The notes under the pieces were generated by a model. That model had not been told where the DNA came from and searched no databases. It saw only the letters and a list, made by a program, of their open reading frames with translations. The position numbers and the translations under genes were made by a program. Below, in pieces: positions 25,609-38,900 of a stretch of 64,000 nt of DNA (positions are counted from its first letter, which is position 1; each line of letters opens with the position of its first letter). Origin of the DNA: Takakia lepidozioides (taxonomy: Eukaryota > Plantae > Bryophyta); the NCBI GenBank assembly GCA_030704615.1, contig CM060734.1:41230001-41294000 (forward strand). The letters run 5' to 3'.

Positions 25609-28600
25609 TTAATTTGTCTTTCGTTCGTCTGACACAGACCCTGCATGCAACAGTTTAGCTTTCTTCGCTGCTAGATCCGTGCTTCTTTCTGATTGAGAGG
25701 ACATCACTAGCACCTGTGGAAAATATCGTAACCACATGTCAGAAAGCTCCTAGTACCCCGGTACCAATAATTATTCCAAGGTTTACTAAGGGCTTTAACA
25801 ACATGTAATCCTTGACACTTACCTGTGAGCATTGTCTACTGCATTGCATTAAGGGTGTTGTCCATAATGGATTCTACCTCCCCAAGAATGCCGGGGAGGA
25901 CTTTTACCTACAAGGTTTGAGAAACGAAAGACAGAGCACAAAATTGAGTTCATAGGCTGGCCTATGTGACAGTAGAACTACAGAAGAGAGGGTGTACAAG
26001 AGGGAGATTCACAGAAAGAAAATTTTATCGAGATTAAGTGAGAAAGAAAGAAGACAATGACATTTCTTTTTAGTCCAACCGGTAGCGTACACTGCTGGGT
26101 TTAAGCAAAGGTTGGTCCTATGCCCGGTCTGGGCATCCTCTCTGGGTTAAGAGTGGCTACAACAGTGTCACAATGTATTTCTGAGGTCATTTCTGTCATG
26201 GGACGTTGATGTTCACACACTTGTATTTTCCCTCCAGACAAAATGTCTTGTAAGAGACAGGAAGTGATACTTTCCTTGTTGTAGCCTTCCTGCAGTAGAA
26301 CTCCCGTAATATATCAACTGAGTAGAGAGGCAGAAAGACAGAGTGTGGACAAGTGGGAGAACAAAATTAGGAGGGGAAGGAGAGGGACGTAGTCATTAGA
26401 CAATGATTGCAGTAGCCCAGTGCCATAGACACCCAACACTCCTTGGACAGACAGAAAGGAAGAAAGAAGGAAAGACAGAGGAGAACTAGGAAAAAACACA
26501 CCTGGATGAATACAATGACAATAAGAAGAACCCCAGCTATCGATGCGACCCCACTCCAGGTAGATAACAAAGGTTTTAGCAGCCAGGTTGCTGCTGTCAG
26601 CAACAGGCATGACCAGCCAATCACAAACTGTGTTTTGCCCACATAAAAAACACCACCCTTCAAACTTTTAGCACATTCAAAAGCTATTACACACTACACA
26701 TACTAGAGTATTCCCTCTCTACCAGGCAGAATAGTCCTGCCTCAAATCTTTCACAGTGGACCGGCAATCGAAAAGCAATATATGTTCTTGAAAAGCTACT
26801 GACAGATAGCCCAAACCAGGAGCCTTGGACATCAAAAACTGAAAGTCAAGCTAGCACACAAACACAGAAAAGAGAGTGAAGATGACAGCTGGACACTTCT
26901 TAAAGCTACAGTCACATGAGCGTGGACATGCCACTTACTAGAAGTGGACGGAAGGGGCGTGGAACAGGGTGATACAAATTCTCTCCGAATGTATTTTCCT
27001 TTTCATGTTGGTCCAGGAGTGTGTCCTGTCTCCAGTCACCCACAATCCACTTCCTTCAGCAAAGTACTCCATCGAGTCTAGCTGAACTTTCCCTTCACAA
27101 ATTGGACCTTAGCACTTTGTTATTTAAAACGACAAATAATGATGGAAGGATTCACGACCAGCTGATTTGAAGATTTTTCACTGGATCAGCCATCACACAT
27201 AGAAACTGTAGAAGCAGGCAGATTTGTAGAAAACGAAAAACGTGACACCATCCTTCAATCACAAAGAGAAGGGTTGATGCACCTTTGTATAGAAAGCCTC
27301 AAGGCACCATTTCCCTATATCGTCATCTGACTGGGGAAGTTGCTCCATGGGTACCCGTCTCACATGCACATGCACCTGCCCATACGAGTTCTCTCATCAG
27401 AATAATCGTTATATCACCTATTTGAAACCTTCTCCTTCATATATGTCACTTCATCATCATAACTCCTCAAGGAGATTTTACCTAGTGTACTGTATGATCA
27501 AGAACAGGAAGAAGTTAAACAGGAAACGGAAAGTAAACATTGTACCACAGAAGGCTGTCCCTTGAGAATCCGCAGCATGGTGGGATCAGGTGCATCCTTG
27601 GAGACAGCACATGTCATATCATACACCACTGGCACAAACCCACGTAGGTTTTTAACAGCTGATGTAAACCCCTGCACCCCAGGACAAAAGGCCAGAAAGA
27701 AATGTCACGTATCATCTTCCTATTGAAGAGACAAATACCAATTCTGTGGGTAGAGTTGAAGGTGCCCCACCATCTGTCAACTCTAGTTGTCATGCATAAT
27801 CTCATAACCGTGCTGTTGGTTATACCTGGCATAAAGCTGGGCACTGATGTTCAGCGAACACATTGTAGGACAGCAATTTTTTTTTGCGGTTGATAACATG
27901 AAGACTGTCGATGCTCCAGAGTCCCTGATTGGTCTAAAACCGCAAAAGAGCCTTCAAGGGGAACCCTAGGTAGACAGAAGGTCCCCTGTTAAGTCTGCTG
28001 GTAAGCTACGCTTCTCGGAGGACATACGACAGATTCCAGGTACAGAGCTGTGCCCTCTAAATGATGACATGGAGCGACCCTTGCCAGGCAGGAAGCTGCT
28101 AAAGGATGACATAGACTGTGGCATGCTGCCTTGCCTGAAAGAGCGAGCTGGGCACGAGATGGGGATCTTTTGTGCACAACTAATTGGCTTATCATGTCAG
28201 GGCATCTCAACAAAGCTGGACTTTTCTCGCATCAAGCAGGCTCAGTCTTGTGGATAAGATTGTCACATATTAGATGATGTGACTCAAGATCCTTGTGAGA
28301 AGCCGCAGAGTGAGTTCAGTGCAGAAACTGATAATGCCATAGGAGAGAGGAACACTTGAAAGGCAGTAGGGTCCGAAGTAATTACCTTTGTCCGAGGAAT
28401 GAGAACATTGCGTGGCACACGTAATCCCTTAGAAGTTGCAAACTCCTGAGAAGTCGCTAGCTTGGCTTTAGTGAACCGAGTGCCCTCCACAAAAAGGGCA
28501 ACCCACAGGGGACGGGGAAAGCCAATCAAATCTTGAAATCCTTTCTGCAAACATATCCAGAGTCCGATTGTCACCCATTATTCTCCTGACACATTTGTCC

Positions 28601-30979
28601 AAGTGGCTGTGGCTCCAATGTCTAACTTTGGAACATGTGACACCAGAAATAGTGGTAATGCTAGAATGGTTTTGTTAGGTTTGAATGCGAACGCTTCATG
28701 CACATACTAGACTATGAGACATAGACTGGTGGTTTTAGTGGGAGAGAAACAGATAGGGAGAAGTCCGATAAGCAAAACAAAGAGAAAAAATATATTTTGT
28801 AATGTCCCCCAAGAGAGATACAATTACCAGTAAATGGCAACAAACAGCCAGTCTAGAAAGAGAAAGGACTTCTGATTTGTGGAGATGAGCTAACCTCGAG
28901 TTTTTTCTCATCCTCTTTCCAATCCCTTGACAAGAAAACGTACTCGGAAAACCACATGGACCACCCTATGACCTGCAATCCCACACGATCAAAGTCTTTT
29001 AGCAATGGCAGCTCAACTGACCTGCTGACTGAAACCCACACTAATGCAAATGCAACAAGGAGGGCCCAAGAAAGAGAGTGAGGAAGATATGATTGACCTT
29101 GCTCTGTTAACTTGACTCTGACGTACACTTGAGACTCAAGAGCATATTCCTGGGAGAACTGACCTTGCTGTAGTGCGCAAGAATATGATATTCAGTCACA
29201 TTGTCACAGCAGTTGCATCAAGCCACACCATTTAAATTAACAAGGTGGTGGCTAACATATTAATTGACATTCGCAAATTCATATGAATGTGGGTGTATTT
29301 GTGTGTGAGAGATTTACTCCTAAGACGTTTGCCGTAGCCCTGGCCATAGACCCTGTGCCCAGTTTGGGTAGAGAGGGAACCGACACTACCTTTGTGAGAG
29401 AGAGATGCATGCATGTAGTGTTGGAATGGAAAAAAACCAGAGACCGGTAGGAACTGGGTAGACTTCTTCATGATGGCTCGAGTATTACCAAGGCAACCAC
29501 AGCGCTGCATCAACCCCATCCACCAGCTGCTTTTGTCAGCTTCTGACTGTCTCCTGCTACTCATCAGTGCCCACTTCATAACAATGTTGATATAGAATCA
29601 TTTCCAAGTAGGCAACCTGAGCCGTTAATGCAAGTTCTTTACAAGGTTAATCTTTTAAGCCAAGCGGCGTGGGCGTAGAGAGATTGTCTTTTTTTGTCTG
29701 TTTATGGAGAGGGATCAGGGGAAATAATTTAAAGCTTAAGTTGCACTAGCTAGGCTAAACAGTAGAGAGACCTATTTGGTGACTACTGTGTGTATACGAG
29801 ACGATAACAAGCACATCATGACATTCCTGATGAGAGATTAACTTTCCTACTATGCTGCCATATGCGGCAAATACCACGATAAAATGAGACAAGAAAGAGG
29901 GGCCAACCTGGGCAATGACCCACCCGACCAACCAGTCAATATCACTGCGGTGATTGCATATCAAAAGAGCATGCTCCTTGCCTGTGACACACGACAAGCT
30001 TCCAAAGCAATCAACTACTCTTTGCAAGAAAAGAAGATGGAGAAAGCTATGCAGCTATAGAATCCATGGACGGAACAACACTGCCCGCGTCACATATGAA
30101 TTCCTGGAAGTGTAAAGGTGATCTCCTGCTCCCTATCTCACATCAATAATTTGCAGGCAGAACTCACCCATGTGCTTCCATGTCTCGCCATCTGCGTAGA
30201 CGCGCACCTGCACACCGTGACCAAGCCACCATGAAGACTATGCCCTCCGGCCCTTTTAATTTCATCTCATCATATTAATCCTGCTCCCCGTCACGGATGA
30301 AGACGATTACCTTGTCTTGTCTCCTGTGTGCATGAGAGAGCTCGGTATAAACAGCCTCCTTGCAAGAATATCCTTCGGTATACAGTGTATTACGATGGAC
30401 ACACAGGAGAGGTTCACAGGAGAGGTTCAAGAAGTGAGAGATAAGAAGAGAGAAAAACCTCAACACCTGCCCACCAATCTAGCATCCACACCAGTTCCGA
30501 CCAGAGAGCTTCCATCATAATCATGTTAGCAATCCTGTACGCATTCCTGGAGAATGGCAGCAGCAACAACACCGACAATACCTGTGCAACGTTCGAGTAT
30601 CTCGTCATTGCAAAGAAACCCAAAACGAAATCCTACAAACCGCATGCAACCCAACTACAATTCAGCGGAATTGTTTGACATCGTGGCCAGGGACAGAAAT
30701 GAAATGAAATGAAATGGTGCTTTATAACGTCCGCGGAAAGCTCGTAGAGCTTATGGGACAAAATGGAAGAAAACATGAGAGAGGAACAAATCCAGAAACC
30801 ACAATTAATGTTCTAGCGATTGTCTAAGGGTGAGACAGAGACAGAGAAACACAAATTTGATCACCCACCCACACAGTGAAACATCCAAAACTGTGTACCT
30901 GACAAGCATTCACAAGAAATCCTGAGAACAAGAACAGAAGCCCGAGAGGCAGCGCAATGAAGGATAAGCCCCCCCCCAT
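25609..30979 (-). CDS. LPAT2: 1-acyl-sn-glycerol-3-phosphate acyltransferase (LPAAT, LPAT2-type), 12 exons
   Basis: Approximate exons: 30899-30979 ([20 protein letters not shown]), 30459-30581, 30168-30207, 29908-29981 (NHRSDID), 29445-29504, 28895-28972 (VFLSRDW), 28386-28544 (FVEGTR, VLIPRTK), 27548-27673, 27283-27375, 26938-27024, 26502-26627 and 25609-25713 (SSQSERS...KTN*). Confidence 0.92.
30696..30760 (-). repeat. Short intronic repeat with (CATTT)n tail, copy 3
   Basis: (GAAAT)4 followed by GGTGCTTTATAACGTCCGCG...TATGGGACA, in LPAT2 intron 1. Confidence 0.6.
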
Positions 30980-33942
30980 CGCTGGCCCTGCTTCGCAGCA
31001 CCCAATTGATGCGCTCTCCCGCCTGCAGAGGAAAGCTTCTTCACCAACTTCTCAAGTAAAGAAGGTGGCGATACTACCCGGGCTGTTCTGTGACATGCAT
31101 CCATACAATTCTCATTAACGATATTCTACATATTTCCTACCCAACACACCATTCCTAAATATGGATATGCCAATACCTTGTGGATGCATGCGGGCCCATC
31201 TTACCACCCAAATAGCTAACAACCCGGCCATCGCAACCTCCATTCGGACTCAAAAACGCTGGTTTCCTGACCTCTCGGTACTATTTGGGCACCAAGGTAT
31301 CTCCACCTACTACCATGTCAAACACTGAGGGGGTGGAACAAGCAGGGCCGCATCAGTCGTCTAAGTAATCAGTAATTACTGGCAAAATTGAGGTTGCTAC
31401 TTATACAATGTGATTACAAGGTATACTATAACACATGATGATGACATCACAGTCAATCTAAAAGTACACCCAAAGTCCCAAAAGATCTGTCGGGAAACAT
31501 TCTCGCGGCCAAATTACACCTGGGTCTGTTTGCAGCTTTATTGTAAGGGCAATACCGAGGAGGTTTAGGTGGGCAGTCTGCCGATGGAAGCTTGTAGGTG
31601 GGACAACCTGCAACGCGCCGCCTGTGCCTGGGAGATTCTATCTTCTATTCCAAAATAAGGCAATCTCTCATGGGGGTCCATTACTACCTAGGATCGGATT
31701 AGAGATGCTCAGAATCATATCTGCATGAGGTGTTGACAATCATTCAATGAACAAGAGTTGTTTTTGGGCTGCTGGTAGAAGGGCCCCCGGCGCCCACCCT
31801 CTCTAAGTTCTAGAACATTACAGACACGCCCACAAACTCTTTAAGATTTCAGCGAAAGTTATGGGGTATCAATTCAGTTCAAGTTTAGAACTCTCTTATT
31901 GTGTGCAGTATTTTTTGCCCATACATGATTGTAGACTTCAAATCGTTTCAGGGATCGTTTCATTTCTTCGATCGATTCATTCTTATCAGTTCCTGCGCCC
32001 TTGATTGCAGCGGTAATGTCATAATTATTAGCAGCTGCAGCTTGCTTATAACCTTCCTCATCAATTGCTTTGGCTCTAAGTTCGATTTACTCCAGGATAA
32101 AGAGCGCCGGTGCTCTTTATCCTGGTCAGAATACCGAGAATACCGGGAAAGATAGGAGACTCAGATGGAGTACAATTCAGGAATAGTCTATAATGTCCTG
32201 ACGACAAGCTGCATACATTAGGGGAAATGTACACTAAAACTTATATCTTGTGCACCTCGGAGTTGTAGAGGAGCTGGAGGAAGAGGCTTGCAGCTTCACA
32301 CTTGGAAAGGAAAATACTGAAGACTCACACTTCACAAAGGTCTCCCAGCTGATGCGCCCCCTTCTATGCCCATCGATCGTATCTATGCCAATCGATCATA
32401 TCTAAATTGCAATGAACTCCAAAAGACAACACGCATACATCACCCGACCATTCACATTGAAGTTGAATAGAAGAAAGACCCGACTCGCAACGTTCAGTAG
32501 CTGGGTTTCCGACAATGTAGTGGAAATCTACAAGTGTTTTTAGACTGGAGAGGGAGACATGTTATCCACCATGGAAATTGTAGATTAGGAAGTAGCCCAG
32601 GCTGTTGCGCATGTCAAACAAATACTTACAAAGCACGTGGTCTGGAATTCTCTCCCGGTCTCAGCTTGCATTGACTACCAAAACCTAGTACACTGCCTAC
32701 ATTAGAAACCAGCAAGACGTACTAGCCTAATTCTCATAATGATATCATCTGTCCCTTTCCAAATTCTCAGATTCCAAAATGTACAGTGCTACCTCTGTCT
32801 GATCTGGACAGCACAGTGTATACCTGTAGAACTTGTATGCGAGAGAAATTAGTCTATCTTTGCTATTGAACAGCATTAGATCAGCTCAGGACAAGAAGCC
32901 CGGCACAATTGCGGCAGATTTTTCCAGTGTATCGATACTTTGCTCCAGGCGAGCTCGCTTCTGTGCGAGATTGGAGTCTTCTTGCATCAATTCCTGCATT
33001 TTGACACCCTCGCCAGACCATATCTTGGCCATAATCTCGTCATGGATATCTTGGACAATCGCTTTCTCCAAAGCATACCGTATCTCCAGGGGAATCTCAT
33101 CCGCAAGGCGCTTTGCCACTACTTTCCAATAAGCAGCTAAGCTTGCTTTCATCCTCAACGCGTCTCGGTTCTCAGAGCGCACATAATCCTCCAGCATCAG
33201 ATACTCTCCAGTCGCGATTTCAACTTTTCCGCTGTAATTTCCAGTTTTTTTGGAGGTCTCCAAAGCTGAATAAATCTTGTTCAAAGTGTCCATGTAGTAA
33301 TGGTTTGTTGTGAACACAATGGATTTCTCTTTCTTCAGCATCCTCTCAACAAAATCAAGCGACCTTTTCTTGGTTTGCTCCATAATGAGAAGAGCAGACC
33401 GCTTGAAGTAGGATCCCATTTGGGGATATCCTTCACTGCATGTCTTGTCCACAGTCTGCACCACATCAGCTGCATATGCATGTGTATCGTGTTAAATGTA
33501 GTGGTTGCAAGTTAACTAAAAAGGAGACATACATGACACAAACTCTACATAGCAAGCAGTGAATAACTAGTGCAATGAAGAACCAATACTACACACCACT
33601 ACACACTTTGCAGACAAAGCTAGATTAACCTTGAAAGTGTCTTTTTGCCAAAAAGCATCATGAGGCTAATTGCATATAACAATCTGGAGAGAGAGTTCGC
33701 TCCATACTAGATGAGGTATATATAGAGCTGCAGTGGCCTGATAGTATTGCTAATTTGTAGGAGCCCTAGTTAAGTCACCGCTAGAAGGTGCGGTGGTGCA
33801 ACGGTGACATCCTACAAAGCTGGCACTGATCTAGAGAGCTGATCTAGTGTGTTGGAGTTGCAGAAAACATCCCATTCAACACTCCCACTCAACGATAACA
33901 CACTCATCTTAAGTAACGTAGGCGTTTAGCTTTCAAAAAATC

Positions 33943-35670
33943 TCAAGCTGCTAGCTGTAGTCCAAGTAGACTGCGCATTTGCTGAAATTTGTTAGTTGCT
34001 AGTGGCTTGGTTAGCACATCAGCAACTTGATTGACTATAGGCACATAACGAATGTCGATATGGCCCTCTTCCTGATGCTCTATGATGATGTGGAAAGCCA
34101 CATCTATGTGCTTCGTCCTCTGGTGAAATTCCGGATTGTGTACCAACCGTATGGCTGATTGGTTGTCACTGTAGAGAGGGGTGGGGTGAGGCTGGGGGCA
34201 TCCAATGCTTTGGAGAAGCCTGCGATGCCATATGATCTCCTTCGTGGCCATTGCCCCTGCAATGTACTCAGACTCCGTAGTGCTCCCAGAGGTGCATGGT
34301 TGCTTTCGACTCATCCATGCAACAGGACCTCCATTGAGAAGTAGCACAATCCCTGATCGAGATTTCCTGTCATCAATATCTCCAGCATAATCTGAATCAC
34401 AGTAAGCAATGAGAATGTTTGGCTCTTTTGTGACCGAGTAGGTGAGGGCCAGGTTTGGTGAACCTCTCAAGTACTTCATCACCCTTGATACGGCATTACA
34501 GTGAGCCTGCTTTGGTCGTTCGCTATATTTGGCCACGTTGCTCACCGAGAAAGAAATGTCTGGTCGAGTGCCCATAGATGCAAACATTTGGCTGCCTACA
34601 ATTTCCTTGTAGGGGTAGGTGGTGATCGTGTCTTCATCTTGTCTGGTGATGTTGTCAAGGCGACTGTTTGGATCAGCAGGCACAGAGACTGAATGGGCAT
34701 CGGAAAATCCAAACTTTTGAAGCATACGTAGGACGTACCTTGTCTGATCGACATGCATGACACGATTGGCACGGTCCCTCGTGATGTGAAGACCAACATA
34801 TATCTCTGGCACTCCTTGTGTAATTTTGAACGTCTTCCCCATGTAGCCTAAAATATCATTGACATTGTCTGATCTGTGACTGCAAATCAGACCATCATCA
34901 ACAAATATCACCAAAATGAGCTTGGGTTCTGTTGTGCTATAATACACACAAAGATCGGCTAGGCTTGGAATTAAGCCACAGGTCTGAACGAAGCTGTTGA
35001 ATTTTCGATTCCATGCCCTAGAAGCTTGCCGCAACCCGTACAAGGATTTCTTGAGTCGGCATACAGCTGTAGGTTGGCTGGGATCAACAAAACCACGCGG
35101 TTGCTCCATATAGATTTCCTCGGTGATTTCTCCATAGAGGAACGCAGTCTTCACATCGAATTGCGTGATATCTAAATCCAACAGTGTCGCAACTGACAAT
35201 GTCGTGCGAATGGAATCAAATTTCGCTACAGGTGAAAACGTTTCAATGTAATCAACGCCGGCTCGCTGGGTATAACCTCTGGCGCATAGACGTGCCTTGA
35301 AGTGATCAATGCCTCTATCAACGTTAAGCTTAAGCTTATACACCCATTTGCATGTAATTTTCTTTCTCCCAGGTGGCAGAGGCTCGAGCTGCCAAGTCTC
35401 ATTCTCCAAGAGTGATTGATACTCCTCCACCATAGCCTTTTTCCACTCATTGCTTTCGCTACAATTTAGCGCTGCGTCATAGTTGTCTGGCTCCTCAGAC
35501 ATGTGGCCATCATAGTTGGCAACACAAGCATGATGCCGACCAGGGTAAAACCAGTCTCCATACATGGGGCTCTCCTGGTTCTTGGCGTGAGATGGTCTTG
35601 GGTGGTTGGTCAACACATCTTGGGACCAAGTCTGGCGACTGACTTGCTGACGCTGCTGGTCGCTCATCAA
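33943..35670 (-). CDS. Copia RT-RNase H open frame (575 aa), part of a broken polyprotein
   Basis: Motifs KARLCARG, QFDVKTAFL, LKKSLYGLRQA, FVDD, YCDSDYAG and RTKHID. Confidence 0.85.
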   Translation of the reverse strand: MMSDQQRQQVSRQTWSQDVLTNHPRPSHAKNQESPMYGDWFYPGRHHACVANYDGHMSEEPDNYDAALNCSESNEWKKAMVEEYQSLLENETWQLEPLPPGRKKITCKWVYKLKLNVDRGIDHFKARLCARGYTQRAGVDYIETFSPVAKFDSIRTTLSVATLLDLDITQFDVKTAFLYGEITEEIYMEQPRGFVDPSQPTAVCRLKKSLYGLRQASRAWNRKFNSFVQTCGLIPSLADLCVYYSTTEPKLILVIFVDDGLICSHRSDNVNDILGYMGKTFKITQGVPEIYVGLHITRDRANRVMHVDQTRYVLRMLQKFGFSDAHSVSVPADPNSRLDNITRQDEDTITTYPYKEIVGSQMFASMGTRPDISFSVSNVAKYSERPKQAHCNAVSRVMKYLRGSPNLALTYSVTKEPNILIAYCDSDYAGDIDDRKSRSGIVLLLNGGPVAWMSRKQPCTSGSTTESEYIAGAMATKEIIWHRRLLQSIGCPQPHPTPLYSDNQSAIRLVHNPEFHQRTKHIDVAFHIIIEHQEEGHIDIRYVPIVNQVADVLTKPLATNKFQQMRSLLGLQLAA

Positions 35671-35985
35671 ACCCCAAACTTGACACGTTCATCATGTTCT
35701 CCGCTCTGGGACTGATTGGTGCCAAGTGGACATCTTCCACCAAGACATCTATTCTTGGCTGCACTGATTCACTTCCTCCCACTGAAGTGTTACCTTCTAC
35801 TGGAGCCTGCAGGAACGCCACAACTCCTTGTGTGGTGTCAGCCATGTCATCCTCGGGCTCTGGGTTGTATTGCACGATTGACTTGCTCCATGCATCCTGG
35901 TCTTCACTTATCGCCTGAACCGCCTCCTCATTGAACAAAACGTCCCTGCTCTCCTCAATTCTTCTCTTGTGAGGTAGCCAGACTC

Positions 35986-38900
35986 CACTACAAGAGATGA
36001 GCGTTTTTAGGACTACGGCTTTGGCGGAGTCATAAAAACTGCACTAGGTAGATGACTACAGAGCGCTGAAATGCATTGCAGTCATAGTTTTATGACTTTG
36101 TAGTAATGGATATCACTACATGACTCCGGAAAGTTAGGGACCATTGGTCAAACATTGTTGACCATGATGACAGGGCTGGTTTATATGACTAGTGTGATAT
36201 GTTAGACTACACGTGGACGACGTTTCATGGAATCTTATGACTCCATGACTGAAGATGGTTTCACAGCTCTATTTATACGACTACATCACTACACGTGTCA
36301 TTTTGAAGGCACATATAATGCAAATAAGGTTGCCCATTAGGTTTAAAAAAATTAAAAAGTTGCTAATAAGGTTGCCCATTAGGGTAATCGTGAACAGAAA
36401 GGAAGGCTGGGACTTGGCATTTTTTTTTGTCTCCTGCGCCACACCACATAGCCGAGGGATGGAACGCGATGATAGCAGGATATGCAGGGGCGTGGGATGG
36501 AGGCGTTGAGCAAATGATGCACGAAGGAGAAGAGGAGGAGGAGAGGAGACGAGGAGAAGCGAGCTTGCCGTTCTTGGGAGAGTCAGCTTGGTCTTAGCAG
36601 GCGTGTTTCAATCTCTGACTACTCAGCTATGCCGTAGTGGTTCGATCTCACAGACCAATCCGACATTACCTGACTACAGACACAAGCAGCACACACAAAA
36701 GGTCATTTTAGGTTGATGGTCGGTCAAATCCTCCATGGGTCAGGACAGGTCAAGGACAATGTGGTAGGGCACCTTCTTCTTCAACCTATTTCAGCCTGTG
36801 TTGCCCTTTTACCAGACTCGGCCGCAAGATGCATATTGAATTCTGTAAGTTAGGTCGTTGGGTAGATTTCGCCAACTCTTCCCTTCACACTTGGCGGGTT
36901 GTAGCCACACACAAAATGCAGACTCGTCCCAAAAGTTTGCTTCAAGATGGCCAACCAACTCAGACTCATCGAGATTGATGTGAGATGATTCGCGAAGAGT
37001 TCCATGAGGAATTCACCAGAGTAGGTTTCTAGTGAATAGAATGATCTCAGCACGGCCGTTTTTAATGGTGGCAACCAAAGGCTGGAACTTTCAATATAGA
37101 ATAGTGTTACAGTTATTACTTGTTTTAGAGTGACCTCTCTGTTTGTACGTAGCCATGGCCCAGTTTCATGTATTTCTCATGACCCAGCCCGCATCCTTGT
37201 ACCATTCTGGGGTAAGAGTATCTACAAGGATTGTTAAAAAGAGAATTTCTTATGTGGAACTCGCGACTGGGTCTCATGGGATTGCGGTACCAGAATGTAA
37301 GAGAAGTAGATTCAAGCTGTTCGCTTCCGACAATACAAGTGGTGCCAGGTGAGACATTGTTTTTTGGCGTAGCGAGGGTTGCGAGGGATGTTGAGGACGA
37401 AGCATGGAGATCGACAGCTGAGATGTAAAAACTTGAGAAACGACGAGGATGTAGGGACCATCTATTTGACAAGATTACAATTTTCGGCAGTTAGATAGAA
37501 GTTATCAAATTTTCCCCGACAGTGTTACGCTCTTGGCCCTAAAAGACCAGCTGAGCATCGTAGTGGGTGCCTTTGCTACAAGAAGCAGGATAGAAGAGAC
37601 AGAAGAAGAATGGACTATATGTCCACATAAAGCCAAAGAGTTAATCGGACAGCCTTTCTATTTGTCTCCAACAAGGCATCATAAGCATTGCCCTATCTGT
37701 GCTATCGTTTATTAGTTTGTCTGGTTGTTTTTACTGGCATCATACTTCAATGGTATGTAACTTGGTTACTCGTCATTCAGTGTAGAAAGAAATGATGCAG
37801 CTGCCACGGGACCGCTAATGAAGCCTGATCCAATGGTACATTCTCTCTCTCTTTCTCTTTCTCTCCCTAATGTCTCATGACTCTCTCTGTCTCTCTCTGT
37901 CTGTGTCTCGCTGCATTCTTAGGGATGTAATCTCTCCATATTGGCCTCATGTCATATTAGGATATCAAACTAGATGTAGTATCAATATTGATTCTTATAT
38001 GGGGCATCATTAAAATGGAGGATCTATGGCACTTCCTTACTTAGGCCACCCACTGTGAAGGATTTCAAAGGCTGTGACGTCCATGTAATGGCCAAGCATG
38101 ACAGTAAAGAGTACATCCCTCTCCCATTCCTGACATTGAACGGATGTAGTGGGTTATGTACAGCTGACAGCAGAGGATGCAGTGAAGGTGCAGATGGATG
38201 CTTTGGCATTGAATGACGAGCCCCGTCCTGACCATGGCCTAGAGGTGGGCCTCTATCCTTATGAGAACATGGATAGCTGAAGAAGCAGGGATAGAGAGTG
38301 GGTACAGATTCTTCCAAGAGGGCCAGATTTTCAAGCACAAAATTACCTATGATTCCCTGGTGGATCAATAGCCACAAGAAACCTGCATGGGTAGATGGTC
38401 AACTGAAGGCAGCAGCTGCAGCGGCACAGTTGATAAAACCAGGCACCTGAACCGTGACCACAGCTTCTGGAAGCGAATCAAGAGAGGGAGTCCATAATGT
38501 CTCTTCTGGCACTTATGGGCATGTGAAGATGCTTTGTGAGGTAGGCAGACTGACAGAGGCTCTACAGACTTTAAACCAAGGAGGCATTTCAGCAGATTCA
38601 GATACGTATGTCTGTCTCTTGCATAAGTGCATCAAGGTGAAAGGCTTGGAAGCTGAAAAGCAGGTGCAAACTCACATTATCCAAAGTGGATTCACGCCAA
38701 ATGTTTTTCTCCTCAACACCCTTGTCAACATGTATGTTAAGTGCGGGAGCATCATGGATGCTCACCAAGTGTTCAACAGAATGCCTCAATGATCTTTGAT
38801 CACGTGGAATATAATGTTGGGAGGATTTACCAAGCATGGGTGTGGTAGGAATGCTTTGGAGACCTATGAGCAAATGATGGGGGAAGGGGTGAAGCCCGAC

